DNA from: an uncultured delta proteobacterium
GTDB taxonomy: Bacteria; Desulfobacterota; Syntrophia; Syntrophales; Fen-1087
Length of the DNA stretch: 64,000 bases
Assembly (NCBI GenBank): GCA_963743175.1
Contig: CAVUOQ010000003.1
Location: forward strand, 167,680-231,679
Reading direction: 5' to 3'
This document shows positions 37,536-49,541 of this stretch, piece by piece (the stretch's first letter is position 1; every line of letters begins with the position of its first letter). The notes under the pieces are model-generated. The model searched no databases. It saw only the letters and a program-made list of their open reading frames with translations, and was not told the origin of the DNA. Made by a program: the position numbers and the translations under genes.

Positions 37536-37578
37536 CCTTTGAAAAATTGTTCTTGAAGCGGCGAATCCATTTTTCAAA
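37536..37578. repeat. collapsed family-B derivative (terminus plus its inverted copy; short hairpin)
   Basis: CCTTTGAAAAATtgttcttgaaGCGGCGAATCCATTTTTCAAA matches the B terminus and its reverse complement. It lies between the convergent acs and trkA genes. Confidence 0.6.
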
Positions 37579-37585
37579 CGCTTGC

Positions 37586-38233
37586 TCAATTTATATTCTG
37601 GATGTCCTTTTCCTTGCCGACCACGATGAGAACCTCGCCGTCCTTGATGACAAAATTCGCCGGGGGAACCATGTGAATCCGGTCGGAGATGATATCCCGG
37701 ATCGCGATGACTTCGATATGATATTTCCCGCGCAACTGGAGTTCCGCAATCGTTTTGCCCAGAAAGCTGTTCGGCGGCGCCAATTCGGAAATCATGTAGT
37801 CGTCGGACAAGGGCAGATAATCCAGCACATTGGGTGAAATCAGGCTTTTAGCCACCTTGCGGGCCATTTCCTTTTCCGGAATGACAACCTCCGTCGCCCC
37901 GACCTTCTCCAGGATCAGCTTGTGTTCCTCATTGGGAGCCTTGACAATGATGTTCCTGACATTCAGTTGTTTCAGGTGGAGCGTGATCAGGGTACTGGCA
38001 GCCAGATCCTCGCCGAAGGAGATGATCACCACATCGTCCTGCTGAACCCCGATCATCTCCATGACCTCCTTGTCGATTCCGTCGGCGACAATGGCCTTGG
38101 TGGAACAATCCCTCGCCCTCTGGACGGCGTCCTTGTTTTTATCGATGGCGATAACCTCGAAGCCGCCCTCGTAAAGCGCACTGACAAGATTGATCCCGAA
38201 GATCCCCAAACCAATGACGATGGCCCTTTTCAT
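37586..38233 (-). CDS. trkA: potassium uptake protein TrkA/KtrA (RCK domain)
   Basis: MKRAIVIGLGIFG Rossmann motif, TrkA-N + TrkA-C, 215 aa. Confidence 0.85.
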   Translation of the reverse strand: MKRAIVIGLGIFGINLVSALYEGGFEVIAIDKNKDAVQRARDCSTKAIVADGIDKEVMEMIGVQQDDVVIISFGEDLAASTLITLHLKQLNVRNIIVKAPNEEHKLILEKVGATEVVIPEKEMARKVAKSLISPNVLDYLPLSDDYMISELAPPNSFLGKTIAELQLRGKYHIEVIAIRDIISDRIHMVPPANFVIKDGEVLIVVGKEKDIQNIN

Positions 38234-38251
38234 TTTTTCACTCCTTTTTTA

Positions 38252-39636
38252 TCAACCCACCATGACCTGCTCTTCAGCGTAGGTGAGTCCCCGCTTCGGC
38301 GCACTCCAGGCAAAAGCCAGCGTCAGGGGACCGACCCGCCCGGCGAACATCATGAGAATAATGGCGAGTTTCTGCATATCATTGAGGTTTGCCGTAATGC
38401 CCATGGACAGGCCCACGGTTCCAAAAGCCGATACGGTTTCAAAAAGGTATTCCACAAAAAAATGGCGGCTCTGTGTGGGATGCGGCGTTTCGGCATGGCC
38501 GCCTGCAAAACAGAAGGATCGACGTAATCAGACAGATCGAAAAGGCCGATGCGAAAACGATGGCCATGGTCCTGCCGAGAATTTCCTTCGGGATGGTCCG
38601 GTTGAACATGTTGACTTCGTCCTGGCCCTTGATCCGATTCCAGATCATGACAAGGAGGAGTGCGAAACTGGTCGTCTTGATGCCGCCGCCGGTCGAGTCC
38701 GGGCGATGCTCCGATGAACATGAGGATGATCAGAACGAGGATGGTCGCATTGGTCAGTTGACCATGTCCACGGTATTGAAACCGGCAGGTCCGCGGCCGC
38801 AACGGACTGAAAGAAGGAGGTCAGAATCTGCGTTTCACGGACGCTCCCTAGCAGAATGTGATTCATTTCAAAAAGGTAAAACAGCAAAGCCCCTGCCGAT
38901 GATCAGAATACGCGGTCATCACCAGGACAACCCTGCTGTGGATGGACAGTTTCTTTTGTAATCCCCGGAATCTCGCGAAAACTTCATATTGAACAATAAA
39001 GCCGATCCCCCCGAGAATAATGAGTCTCATGATAGTCAGGTTGACGACCACAGTCAGCCTGATAGCTCATGAGATTATCGGCAAAGAGGGAATAACCGCA
39101 GTTGTTGAAGGCGGAGACAGCGTGATAGAGGGCCTGATAAAGAGGCATGCGCCATGGGGAAATCATGAGAAAAACGGACAAACAAGCAGCAACGTACCCA
39201 TGCCTTCGATGAGAAATGTGGACAAGAAGGACCCATTTGGCAATGACGACGAAAATCCCGCCGCGGCGTATGCAGGAATGCTGGATTGCACGATTTCCCG
39301 TTCTTTGAAGGAAACCCCGCGGCCCATCATCCCGAAGAACACGACGGAAAAGGTGACAATCCCCAGACCGCCGATCTGAAATAGAAAAAGACTGATGACC
39401 TGTCCGGTGAAAGACAGATCCGTGCCGATGTCAATCGTGACCAGACCGGTGACGCACACCGCCGAGGCCGACGTGAACAGGGCATCCACAAAAGTGAGCT
39501 GTCCCCGGCCGGCGGAAAAGGGCAGCCATAGCAGGAACGCCCCCGCCAGAATCACAGCGGCAAAACTGAAAATGAAAATCCGTCCAGGTGGGAGTTGTCT
39601 GGCGACAAAAGTGCGGAGATGAACCGGAATATTCAT
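38252..39636 (-). pseudogene. trkH: TrkH/KtrB potassium transporter gene broken by at least 9 frameshifts
   Basis: The homologous pieces lie in different frames. These are MNIPVHL..DALFTSASAVCVTGL..QIGGLGIVTF (F0), GGIFVVIAKWVLLV (F2), AVSAFNNCGYSL (F1), VNLTIMRLIILGGIGF (F0), LFYLFEMN..FFQSV (F1), AGFNTVDMV (F2), LTNATILVLIILMFIGASPG (F0), STGGGIKTTSFALLLVMIW (F2) and ETVSAFGTVGLSMGIT (F1). The length of 1385 nt is not a multiple of 3. Confidence 0.85.
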
Positions 39637-39651
39637 GGCTATGATCCCTTG

Positions 39652-39812
39652 ACGAATTCGTAAAAAATCAAGATACTATCCAAATTCGACGGCTTCGTAA
39701 AAAGCTCCGCAGGCAAGGCGCGTAAATCCTGAGGAGTGAGGCGTACTTTAGGTACGCCGCAATGACGAAGGATGCAGCGCAACGCAGCATCCGGACTTTT
39801 TACGAAGTCGTC
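39652..39812 (+). repeat. family-A repeat, copy 3 (TSD ATCCCTTG at 39644-39651 and 39813-39820)
   Basis: Left TIR (G)ACGAATTCGTAAAAAA, internal GACGGCTTCGTAAAAAG and right CTTTTTACGAAGTCGTC. Its terminal GA completes the lspA TGA. Confidence 0.9.
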
Positions 39813-40311
39813 ATCCCTTGGAGTCGGTCTGGCTTTCCTTGCCGCGTCTCGTGAGTTCGATAAACAGGATGACCGCACCCACGGAAATGGCCGAGTCGGC
39901 CACATTGAAGGCCGGCCAGTGGGTGGAGCCGATGTAAACATCCAGAAAGTCAATCACTTCCCCTAAACGAACCCGGTCGATCAGATTTCCGACGGCGCCG
40001 GATAGAATCAGCGAGAGGGCAAACGTCAGAAACGGCTCCTTCGCCTTGCTTTTCCAGATATAATGCACGACCAAGATGATCGCCAGGACCGTAACGGCCG
40101 CGAAAAAGATGGAACGGAACAGCGGCGAGGCGTCGGCCAGAAAACCGAAGGCCGCTCCAGGATTGCGGACATAGGTGATGCTGAACAATCCCTGAATGAC
40201 GGGGATGGATTCATGCAGCCGCATCGATGAATCGACATAAAACTTGGTGATCTGATCAAGAAGGAGAATCAGGCCGGTCGTCACGCCAAGCAGGAGGACC
40301 TTTTTATTCAA
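39811..40311 (-). CDS. lspA: lipoprotein signal peptidase (signal peptidase II)
   Basis: ..RNPGAAFG.., ..GAVGNLIDR...G.VIDF.., ..WPAFNVADS.I..G; classic ileS-lspA pair. Confidence 0.9.
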   Translation of the reverse strand: MNKKVLLLGVTTGLILLLDQITKFYVDSSMRLHESIPVIQGLFSITYVRNPGAAFGFLADASPLFRSIFFAAVTVLAIILVVHYIWKSKAKEPFLTFALSLILSGAVGNLIDRVRLGEVIDFLDVYIGSTHWPAFNVADSAISVGAVILFIELTRRGKESQTDSKG

Positions 40312-43099
40312 GATTTGTCAGGCACCTTTCGCAAACCGTCGGATGTTCAGGATTCATTCCGACATTCTCGCTGTAGATCCAGCAACGATTGCACTTCTTG
40401 CCGCCGGCCTTGGAGACGCCGACTGAAAGACCCTCAACCTCGGCGCTCTGATAGGCCTCCGGAATCTGATCCTTCGGCACGAGACTGACCTGCGACACGA
40501 TCAGCAGCGCCCGGAGATCCTCGATGTGCGTATCCAGAAGAGACCGGAGTTGTTCCGGCGGACAAACCGCAACGGCGGCATCCAGGGGATGCCCCACCAC
40601 CTTGTTTTTCCTCGCGATTTCAATGGCCTTGGAAATCTCACCTTTGACGGCAATGAGGGTCTTCCAGCGTTCTGACAAATCAGGATTCAGGAAAGCTTCA
40701 TTGACCGCCGGGAATTGGGTCAGATGGACGCTCGCCTCTTTACCGGCATAAGCCGGCAGGGCTGCCCAGACCTCTTCGGCGGTAAAGGTCAGCATCGGCG
40801 CCAGCAGCCGGGTCATGGCCTCGAGGATGAGATACATGGCCCTCTGGGCGGAGCGTCGTGCCTTTGAGGCCGCCTTGGCCGTATAGAGGCGGTCTTTGAG
40901 GACATCCAGATAAAGGGCGCTCAGATCAACGGTGCAGAAATTGTAAAGGGTGTAGTAGACGACATGAAACTGATAACTGTCATAGGCTTCGCGGACACGC
41001 TTGATCACCTCCTGCAGCCGGTGCAGGGCCCAACGATCAATCTCTTCCATGTCTTCGGACGCCACCGCATCCCGCTGACAATCAAAATCATAGAGATTCC
41101 CCAGAATGTAACGGCTGGTATTGCGGATCCGGCGGTAGGCCTCCACGAGGCGTTTGAGGATCTCATCGGAAATTCGGATATCCTCGGTGTAATCTTCCGC
41201 GGCCACCCAGAGCCGCAGGATTTCCGCCCCGTACTGCTCAATGATCTCCTGCGAATCGATGACATTGCCCACGGATTTGGACATCTTCTTGCCCTCGCCG
41301 TCCACGACAAAACCGTGCGTGAGAACACTCTTGTAAGGCGCCCGGCTGCGCGTTCCCACGGACTCCAGCAGGGATGAATGGAACCAGCCGCGATGCTGAT
41401 CGGACCCTTCCAGATACAGATCCGCACGGCGACCGGTGATCGGGCCAGTTTTCCAGAACGGCGGCGTGGCTCACGCCGGAATCAAACCACACATCCAGAA
41501 TATTCGTCTCCTTCGTAAATCGTATCATGCCGCAATGCGGACAGAGCGTTCCGGCCGGCATCAGGTCCCGCGGCTCCCTTTCAAACCACACGTCGGCACC
41601 GTACTGCCGGACCAGCGCCACGATATGATCCATCATGGCCTGGGTCATCAGCTCCCGGCCGCATTGCCCGCAGTAGAAGATGGTGATCGGAACGCCCCAG
41701 AGCCGCTGGCGCGAGATGCACCAGTCGGGACGGTTTTCCACCATACCGTAGATCCGGTCGCGTCCCCAGGCGGGAATCCACTTGACCTCTTCGATCGCCC
41801 GCAGGGCGTTTTTTCGCAGATCGTTTTTTTCCATGGAGATGAACCACTGCTCCGTGGAGCGGAAAATAATCGGCTGCTTGCAGCGCCAGCAGTGGGGATA
41901 GGAATGCTCCATCTCCACAAGGCCCATCAATGCTCCGATTTCTTTCAATTTTTTGTTGATCGTGTCATTGGCGTCAAAGACGAACTGTCCGGCAAACTCC
42001 TCAACATCGGGTGTAAACTTGCCGTCGTCGTCCACGGGGGCGTAATTGTCCAGGCCGTACTTCATGCCGATTTCATAGTCCTCCTGGCCATGCCCCGGAG
42101 CGATATGCACGCAGCCGGTACCGGCCTCCAGCGTGACAAAGGGGGCCAGAATCAGCACACTCTCGCGGTCGACCAGCGGATGGCGGCATTTGAGCCCCTC
42201 CAGGACTGCACCTGTGAATTCATCTATGATTTCATATTGTTTTCCGCGATAGCCGAAGGCGTCAAGACAGTAATCGAGCATGTCTTTGGCGAGAATCAAC
42301 ACCTCTGATTCCACTTCGACCGCCGCGTAGATGAAGTCCTTATGGACGGCAATCGCCAGGTTTGCCGGGATCGTCCAGGGCGTCGTCGTCCAGATCACGA
42401 CATTGACTTTTTTACCGGCCAGTTTCGGGCGGATGGCCGCAATATCGGAAATGATGGGAAATTTGACATAAATGGACGGCGTCTGGTGGTCCGCATATTC
42501 CACTTCCGCTTCCGCCAGGGCCGTTTTGCAGGAGGCGCACCAGTAAACGGGCTTTTTCCCCTTATAGACGCTGCCGTTAAGGAAGAGCTTCCCGAATTCG
42601 GCCACGGTAGCCGCCTCATAATCATAGGTCATCGTCAGATAGGGATTCTCCCATTCGCCGAAGACGCCCAGGCGCTTGAATTGCTCCCGCTGGATATCCA
42701 CATATTTTTCTGCATAGATGCGGCAGAAGCGGCGCTTTTCCGTCTGGGACAGGTCGTTCTTCTTCTCGCCCAGTTCCTTGTCCACCTGATGTTCGATGGG
42801 CAGGCCGTGGCAGTCCCAGCCGGGCACATAAACGCTGTCAAAGCCCGTCATGTTCTTGGCTTTGATCACCATATCCTTGAGAATCTTATTGAGCGCCGTC
42901 CCCAGATGGATGTTGCCGTTGGCATAGGGGGGGCCGTCGTGCAGGATGTAAGCTCTCGCGGCCCTTTGAAACCTCCCGGATTTTATCGATACATGTCGAT
43001 CTCCTCCCACATTTTGAGCATCTCCGGCTCCTTCTTGGCGAGATTGGCTTTCATGGGAAAATCGGTTTTCGGAAGATTCAAGGTGTCTTTGTAGTCCAT
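40304..43099 (-). pseudogene. ileS: isoleucine--tRNA ligase; reading frame as sequenced is broken by three 1-nt insertions
   Basis: True start is [20 protein letters not shown] (ATG 43099). The frames run F1 -> F0 ([10 protein letters not shown]) -> F2 ([16 protein letters not shown]..) -> F1 ([21 protein letters not shown]-terminal Zn finger). The extra bases are at about 42985, about 42954 and 41426. 2796 nt overall. Confidence 0.9.
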
Positions 43100-43165
43100 G
43101 GACGCTCCTTAACATTTGTTTACGGATTTGGCAGAGCTACCACAGAGAAGGCACACTTTCAAGAT

Positions 43166-43198
43166 AAAAAAAGCCCCCCGCCGGAATCGGCAGGGGGC
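43166..43198 (-). terminator. rho-independent terminator downstream of groEL
   Basis: Minus strand: GCCCCCTGCCG-attc-CGGCGGGGGGC followed by TTTTTTT. Confidence 0.8.
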
Positions 43199-43231
43199 TC
43201 ATTTCATAACGGGTTACATCGTGAAGCAATC

Positions 43232-44898
<1,667 letters not shown>

Positions 44899-44914
44899 TT
44901 ATATGTTTATTCAT

Positions 44915-45205
44915 TTACTTTTCAATGATGCCCAGGATATCGTCTTCTCTCATGATCAGATGTTCGTCGCCGTCAATCTTGACTTCCGTACCGGCGTACT
45001 TGCTGAAGAGAATCCGGTCGCCCGCCTTCACGTCCAACTTTACGAGCTTGCCGTCCTCCGTCGTTTTACCCTTGCCGACGGCAATGACTTGGCCCTCCAT
45101 GGGTTTTTCCTTGGCGGTGTCCGGGATGATGATGCCTCCCTTTGTTTTTGACTCTTCCTCTACCCGTTTTACGATGACTCTGTCCTGTAACGGTCTGATT
45201 TTCAT
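44915..45205 (-). CDS. groES: co-chaperonin GroES
   Basis: [39 protein letters not shown]; 96 aa. Confidence 0.95.
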   Translation of the reverse strand: MKIRPLQDRVIVKRVEEESKTKGGIIIPDTAKEKPMEGQVIAVGKGKTTEDGKLVKLDVKAGDRILFSKYAGTEVKIDGDEHLIMREDDILGIIEK

Positions 45206-45280
45206 ACCTTAACCTCTCCTTTCAACCTTATACTTTAGATTTTTAAAGACGATCATAGCTCTCCCTCGCCTAATTCTGCC

Positions 45281-45319
45281 ATATAATAAACATGAATTGC
45301 CCTGTGTCAAGTTTTCAAG
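45281..45319 (-). promoter_or_regulatory. possible groESL promoter (CTTGAAAACTTGACA -35 region, A/T-rich -10 about 17-19 nt downstream)
   Basis: Minus strand CTTGAAA (45319-45313) overlaps TTGACA (45310-45305). The -10 candidates are ATTATA/TTATAT/TATATG. No CIRCE inverted repeat was seen. Confidence 0.3.
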
Positions 45320-45340
45320 TGATTTTTTTCGAACAGGCGG

Positions 45341-45535
45341 TTATGTCGGAAAGGGGGCGGGCGACCAGTAGTCGCAATCCCGGGAAGTCCGGTTGATTAC
45401 GTGATCCACGAAACGGGCAAAGCGGGCGCAGTGCTCCTGCGGATCATCGGATTCCCGGTGGTAATAAAAGCAATTCCGGCAGGCTTGATCCTGATCTTTC
45501 CGGGAAGCGTTGTCGAATGGTTTCTTACAGTCCAT
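45341..45535 (-). CDS. small Cys/His-containing hypothetical protein (64 aa)
   Basis: Good RBS (AAAGGAGAAACGACC-ATG). MDCKKPFDNASRKDQDQACRNCFYYHRESDDPQEHCARFARFVDHVINRTSRDCDYW. It follows the VWA gene by 14 nt. Confidence 0.5.
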   Translation of the reverse strand: MDCKKPFDNASRKDQDQACRNCFYYHRESDDPQEHCARFARFVDHVINRTSRDCDYWSPAPFPT

Positions 45536-45549
45536 GGTCGTTTCTCCTT

Positions 45550-46896
45550 TCAATGGCGGCGATGGACCAGCGACGTGACGACGCCTTCGAGGTGGTGCAG
45601 GGTGTTGCATTCCTTCACTGTACTGCAGAAGGGGATGTATTTTTTCATTTCCGAATCCCCCGTCCCCCAGAAGGACGGCGTCTCCGGGTTCAGCCAGATC
45701 AGCCGTTTGCTGCGCTCATAGATCGCCTTGAGGATGCCTGTCTGCGCCTCCGCATAATTATTCCGCGCATCGCCCAGAATGAGCACGGTGGTCTTCCGCG
45801 AGACGCTGTCCAGGTGGTTCGCCTTGAAGTCCCGAAAGGACTGGTCGTAGTCGGTCCGGCCCATGAGAATGGGCAGGTCCGCCCCCAGGCGGATCTTCTC
45901 AACGGCCACCTCGATGGGGTATTCATCAAAAATCGACGTGATTTCAATCAGGTTTGAACAGAAGATAAACGTTCTGATCCGGACGATGGCCTTGTTCAGT
46001 CCATACAGAAACAGCAGCAGAAACCGGACCGTCCGCATGACAGACCGGCTGATATCGCAGATGACCACAAGATCGGGCCGTTCGATCTTTCGTTTTTTCC
46101 ACTTCGGATCGAAAAGGAAGCCCTGGTAGGTGATGTTCTTACGCAGGGTTTTCTTGAAGTCCAGTTGTCCCCGCCGGGAGGCCTTCCGCCGCCGCGAATG
46201 CAGGTCGTTCAACCGTTTGACCATGCGCTGGATAATGATGTGCATGTCCTGGAAATGCTGCTGTTCCAGCGTGGACAGTTTGGCATGGCGCAGATAGGAC
46301 GTCAGCAAGTTCTCCATCGCCGTGGGGGTGTTGAGGGTCAGTTGCTGCGCCACATACCGCCGGACATTGTCCACCAGAAAGGTTCTCGCTTTCTCCAACG
46401 CAGCCGTCTGCTGCGCCGCACCGGGCAACCCGGCGGCCTGCGTGGCCTGGATCTGCGCATCCAGCGTCGGCAGGCCCATCCGGTCCAAAATCCGCAGGGT
46501 ATACAGGCTCTGCTGTGTGAAAAACTGGATATCCGTGAGGTTGGCCGCCCGGGCTGCCTCCCGCATGGCCATGACAAGCGCTGTCTGGTCTCCGGAAAGC
46601 AGCGTCCGGATGAGTGAAAAGTCGGTTGCCGCCCCGACAAGCACCGGGTCAGGTTCTGCGGTTGCATTGGCATCGGCGAAGTAATCAAAGGAAAAGAAAT
46701 GATCGAAGCACCGGGCAAAAATCTCCTTTTCCGGCGCCGATTTGGGGAGCGCCGCCAGCAGCGCGTCCCGCAGGGTTTCCCGATCGTTATAACCGACAAG
46801 CCGGACGGACTGCAGAGCGTCCAGGGTTTCCGAAACGGAAATCCGGACGCCGGCGTGCCGCAGAGAAACGATAAAGTCGCTCAGGACCCGGTCCAT
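45550..46896 (-). CDS. VWA domain protein, CoxE-like
   Basis: The C-terminal half has the VWA/MIDAS-like motif VVICDISRSM.. and ..ILGDARNNY... It is partner of the upstream MoxR ATPase (2-nt gap). Confidence 0.7.
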   Translation of the reverse strand: MDRVLSDFIVSLRHAGVRISVSETLDALQSVRLVGYNDRETLRDALLAALPKSAPEKEIFARCFDHFFSFDYFADANATAEPDPVLVGAATDFSLIRTLLSGDQTALVMAMREAARAANLTDIQFFTQQSLYTLRILDRMGLPTLDAQIQATQAAGLPGAAQQTAALEKARTFLVDNVRRYVAQQLTLNTPTAMENLLTSYLRHAKLSTLEQQHFQDMHIIIQRMVKRLNDLHSRRRKASRRGQLDFKKTLRKNITYQGFLFDPKWKKRKIERPDLVVICDISRSVMRTVRFLLLFLYGLNKAIVRIRTFIFCSNLIEITSIFDEYPIEVAVEKIRLGADLPILMGRTDYDQSFRDFKANHLDSVSRKTTVLILGDARNNYAEAQTGILKAIYERSKRLIWLNPETPSFWGTGDSEMKKYIPFCSTVKECNTLHHLEGVVTSLVHRRH

Positions 46897-46898
46897 CG

Positions 46899-47849
46899 TC
46901 AGTCTCCCGCCGCCCTGACGGCGCCGGCCGTGAGCGGATGCAGGCGTTCGGTCACCACGGCGATATCCTCTTCGAATTTCAGGAATATATTGAGGGTATC
47001 CCGCACCAGATCGGGACTCAGCTCTTGGGCATGCAGAATCAGCAGGACTTTCGCCCAGTCGATGGTTTCGCTGATGGACGGCGCCTTCCGGACCTCCAGT
47101 TGTCTCACCGCCTGGATGAAGGCAACCAGTTGCCGGCCGAGCTTTTCCGAAATGCCGGGCACGCGGATGCGGATGATATTTCTTTCCAGGCCGGGTTCGG
47201 GAAAGGGAATGAAAAGGTGCAGACAGCGGCGTTTGAGCGCCTCGCTAAGCTCCCGGGTGCTGTTGCTGGTGAGAAAGACGATCGGCTTCGTGACGGCCTG
47301 AACGGTGCCGATTTCGGGAATGGAAACCTGAAAATCGGACAGGATCTCCAGCAAAAAAGCCTCGAACTCGTCATCGGCCTTGTCGATCTCATCTACGAGC
47401 AGCACGGCCCCCCCTTCCTGCTGCAAGGCCTTCAGGAGCGGCCGGGGTTCGAGAAAGTGGCGGGAAAAAAAGATGTCGTCATAGCGATGCAGCTTGTCGA
47501 TGGATTCGGCAAAACCGTTTTCCCGGTTGATGATGCTGTCCAGCTTGTCTTTCAGGAGCTGCGTATAGAGCAGTTGCTTGCCGTACTTCCACTCATAGAG
47601 CGCCTTCGATTCGTCAAGCCCCTCGTAGCACTGCAGCCGGATCAGGGGCAGGTCGAGAAAGGCCGCAGTGGTTTTTGCCAGTTCCGTTTTGCCGACGCCG
47701 GCGGGGCCTTCCACAAGCAGCGGTTTGCCCAGGTGATAGGCCAGGAAGGCCGTCGTTGTGATCTGGCGGCTGGCAATAAATCCCTGTTCCTTGAATCCTC
47801 GCCCGATGGCTTCGGGAGACGCGAATTTTTCATCGTGAATGGTCTGCAT
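46899..47849 (-). CDS. MoxR-family AAA+ ATPase (CoxD-like)
   Basis: Walker A EGPAGVGKTELAK, Walker B LLVDEIDKADDEFEAFLLE, sensor ..VFLTSNSTRELS.AL.RRC. Confidence 0.8.
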   Translation of the reverse strand: MQTIHDEKFASPEAIGRGFKEQGFIASRQITTTAFLAYHLGKPLLVEGPAGVGKTELAKTTAAFLDLPLIRLQCYEGLDESKALYEWKYGKQLLYTQLLKDKLDSIINRENGFAESIDKLHRYDDIFFSRHFLEPRPLLKALQQEGGAVLLVDEIDKADDEFEAFLLEILSDFQVSIPEIGTVQAVTKPIVFLTSNSTRELSEALKRRCLHLFIPFPEPGLERNIIRIRVPGISEKLGRQLVAFIQAVRQLEVRKAPSISETIDWAKVLLILHAQELSPDLVRDTLNIFLKFEEDIAVVTERLHPLTAGAVRAAGD

Positions 47850-48993
47850 GATTCCTATCCTGTCCTTTCTTCAGGAGAATGGTTTCTCCGATTCTCTTCT
47901 GCTTGATGAGCGCGACATGCCCCGCCACGCCGAGGGTCATGGTCAGATCCTTCGCCAGCGTCTCCCACGCCGCGTCGGGTTGTATCCCCGCTTGCTCGAT
48001 AACCTGCGCCAGGCGGGATTGAAACTGCCCGGCCAGGGAACGGAACGACAACAGGAGGGACGGGAATTCGGGATGGCGGCAGCCGCTGTCGAGCATGGAG
48101 GCGGCTTCATAGGCCAGAATTCTCAGCGCGTCGAGCCGAAACTGCAGCTCGCCGAGCGCTGTTTTCAGATCATCGGTGGGGCCGATCTCCTGTCCTGCGA
48201 TCAGGACCGGCAGGGCGGCCATCTGGACCTGCATCCCGCCTGCGACCGGACCCATGAGCATGACGTCCTCCAGGTCCCGAAAGGGTTTGGATATCCGCTC
48301 AAAAGCGTCCCCTATGTTTCCCAGCACTTGGTCGGAAGAAATCCGGCAGGCCTCAAGCCGGATGCCGCAGTGGGGAGAGGGCTTCAGAAAATCGAGCCGG
48401 AGCGGATCGGTCAGAGAAAGGCCGGGAGTCTTACGGGGGACAAGAAAAGCGGTCATTTGTTTTTTCCCGCCTTCCGTCGCCGAAACGGCGAGAACCACAA
48501 AGAGGCCGGCCAGGGGTCCGTTGGTGAGAAAGGATTTTTCACCGGTCAGGATCCAGTCCTCACCTTCGCGGAGGGCGGATGTCCGCAGATATTTTGGATG
48601 CGCCCCCGTCCCTGGCTCGGAAATCGCGAGCGACGGCGTGATTTTTCCTGCGGCCAGTCGCGGCAGCCATTGTTCGATCTGCTGGTTGGTGCCGAAACCC
48701 AGAATGGCAAATCGGCACACGATCAGATGAATGAGCCAGGACAGGGCCATGCCCAGATTATGACTCCGGCTGACAAAGGCCTCGCCGGCCGCCTGGATGG
48801 AAAGCCAGTCCCCACCCGAACCGCCGTAAGCGGCGGGAATGCCCAGACCGAGCAACCCGGCCTCTCCCATTTTCCGCCAGAGCGCAACGGGAAATGCATC
48901 GGTTCCGTTCAAACTTGAAGCCGCTTCCTTTATTACGAAGAGGTCTATCTGTTGCTGTCGCTTTTGTCGTTCTTCATCCAGATGCATCGCCAT
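47830..48993 (-). CDS. acyl-CoA dehydrogenase-like protein (divergent)
   Basis: ..LGLGIPAAYGG.., ..LAISEPGTGAHP.., ..W.LTGEKSF.TNG ACAD pattern. The C-terminal region reads LGVAGHVALIK where MCAD-type enzymes have YEGT..IQ. Confidence 0.7.
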   Translation of the reverse strand: MAMHLDEERQKRQQQIDLFVIKEAASSLNGTDAFPVALWRKMGEAGLLGLGIPAAYGGSGGDWLSIQAAGEAFVSRSHNLGMALSWLIHLIVCRFAILGFGTNQQIEQWLPRLAAGKITPSLAISEPGTGAHPKYLRTSALREGEDWILTGEKSFLTNGPLAGLFVVLAVSATEGGKKQMTAFLVPRKTPGLSLTDPLRLDFLKPSPHCGIRLEACRISSDQVLGNIGDAFERISKPFRDLEDVMLMGPVAGGMQVQMAALPVLIAGQEIGPTDDLKTALGELQFRLDALRILAYEAASMLDSGCRHPEFPSLLLSFRSLAGQFQSRLAQVIEQAGIQPDAAWETLAKDLTMTLGVAGHVALIKQKRIGETILLKKGQDRNHADHSR

Positions 48994-48995
48994 GA

Positions 48996-49517
48996 TTACT
49001 TTTCCTGTTCCTCCACAACCATCTCGTCGTCGATCCCGCCCGCTACGGCTGGAGACAAAGGCGCGGACGGCTGATTTTTTACGGCTCCGTTTCGCTGAAA
49101 TTTAAGAAAAAATCCGTTGAGTACCCGCTTGAATGCCTCTATTTCCTCTTCGGAAAATCCAGTCTTGATTTCTTCATTGACGCGGCGAATAACTGCCTTG
49201 GCCCCGTCCACCTCGGCAAAGCCCTGCGGCGTAATATGGATATGAGAAGTGCGGCGGTCCCCTGGATTGGCGTGCCGCTTGAGAAAGCCGGCTTTCTCAA
49301 GGCGGTCCGTAAGCCCTGTCATGGTCGAGTTGTCGATGCCGAGGATTTGGCTCAGTTCCGTCATTGTGCGACCGTCTTTCTGTTTCAGCAGGAACAGGAT
49401 CCCCGCCTGGGCGGCGGTAACCCGGACACCGGACGCCGCGAGGGCGCTGTTGAGATACATTTTCAATTTCTGCTGAGCTGAAAAAACGAGAAAAATCAAA
49501 CGGTCATCGGTGATCAT
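48996..49517 (-). CDS. MarR family transcriptional regulator
   Basis: ..VTAAQAGILFLL....GRTMTELSQILGIDNSTMTGLTDRLEKAGFLKR..NPGDRR winged HTH. Start at MITDD (49517) within ORF 48996..49640. Confidence 0.85.
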   Translation of the reverse strand: MITDDRLIFLVFSAQQKLKMYLNSALAASGVRVTAAQAGILFLLKQKDGRTMTELSQILGIDNSTMTGLTDRLEKAGFLKRHANPGDRRTSHIHITPQGFAEVDGAKAVIRRVNEEIKTGFSEEEIEAFKRVLNGFFLKFQRNGAVKNQPSAPLSPAVAGGIDDEMVVEEQEK

Positions 49518-49541
49518 CGGCCTGCCCTTTTTGAAGTGTTC

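Noticed and set aside
39720-39775. Possible hammerhead-ribozyme core (CTGAGGA ... GACGAAG) inside family-A copy 3.
   Set aside because: The CUGA.GA box is not conserved in the other copies (CAAGAGGA, CATGAGGGA, or absent in copy 4), and no consistent three-stem junction can be drawn.
41238-43115. The 625-aa ORF starting [19 protein letters not shown].. taken as the ileS start.
   Set aside because: Its first about 55 residues are out-of-frame read-through. The genuine N-terminus [38 protein letters not shown] starts at 43099 in another frame.
43100-43165. Looked for a T-box leader upstream of ileS and a CIRCE (TTAGCACTC-N9-GAGTGCTAA) operator upstream of groES (45206-45340).
   Set aside because: The ileS leader is only about 65 nt, with no specifier or T-box sequence. 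No CIRCE-like inverted repeat is present. Only a CTTGAAA/TTGACA -35-like region was seen.
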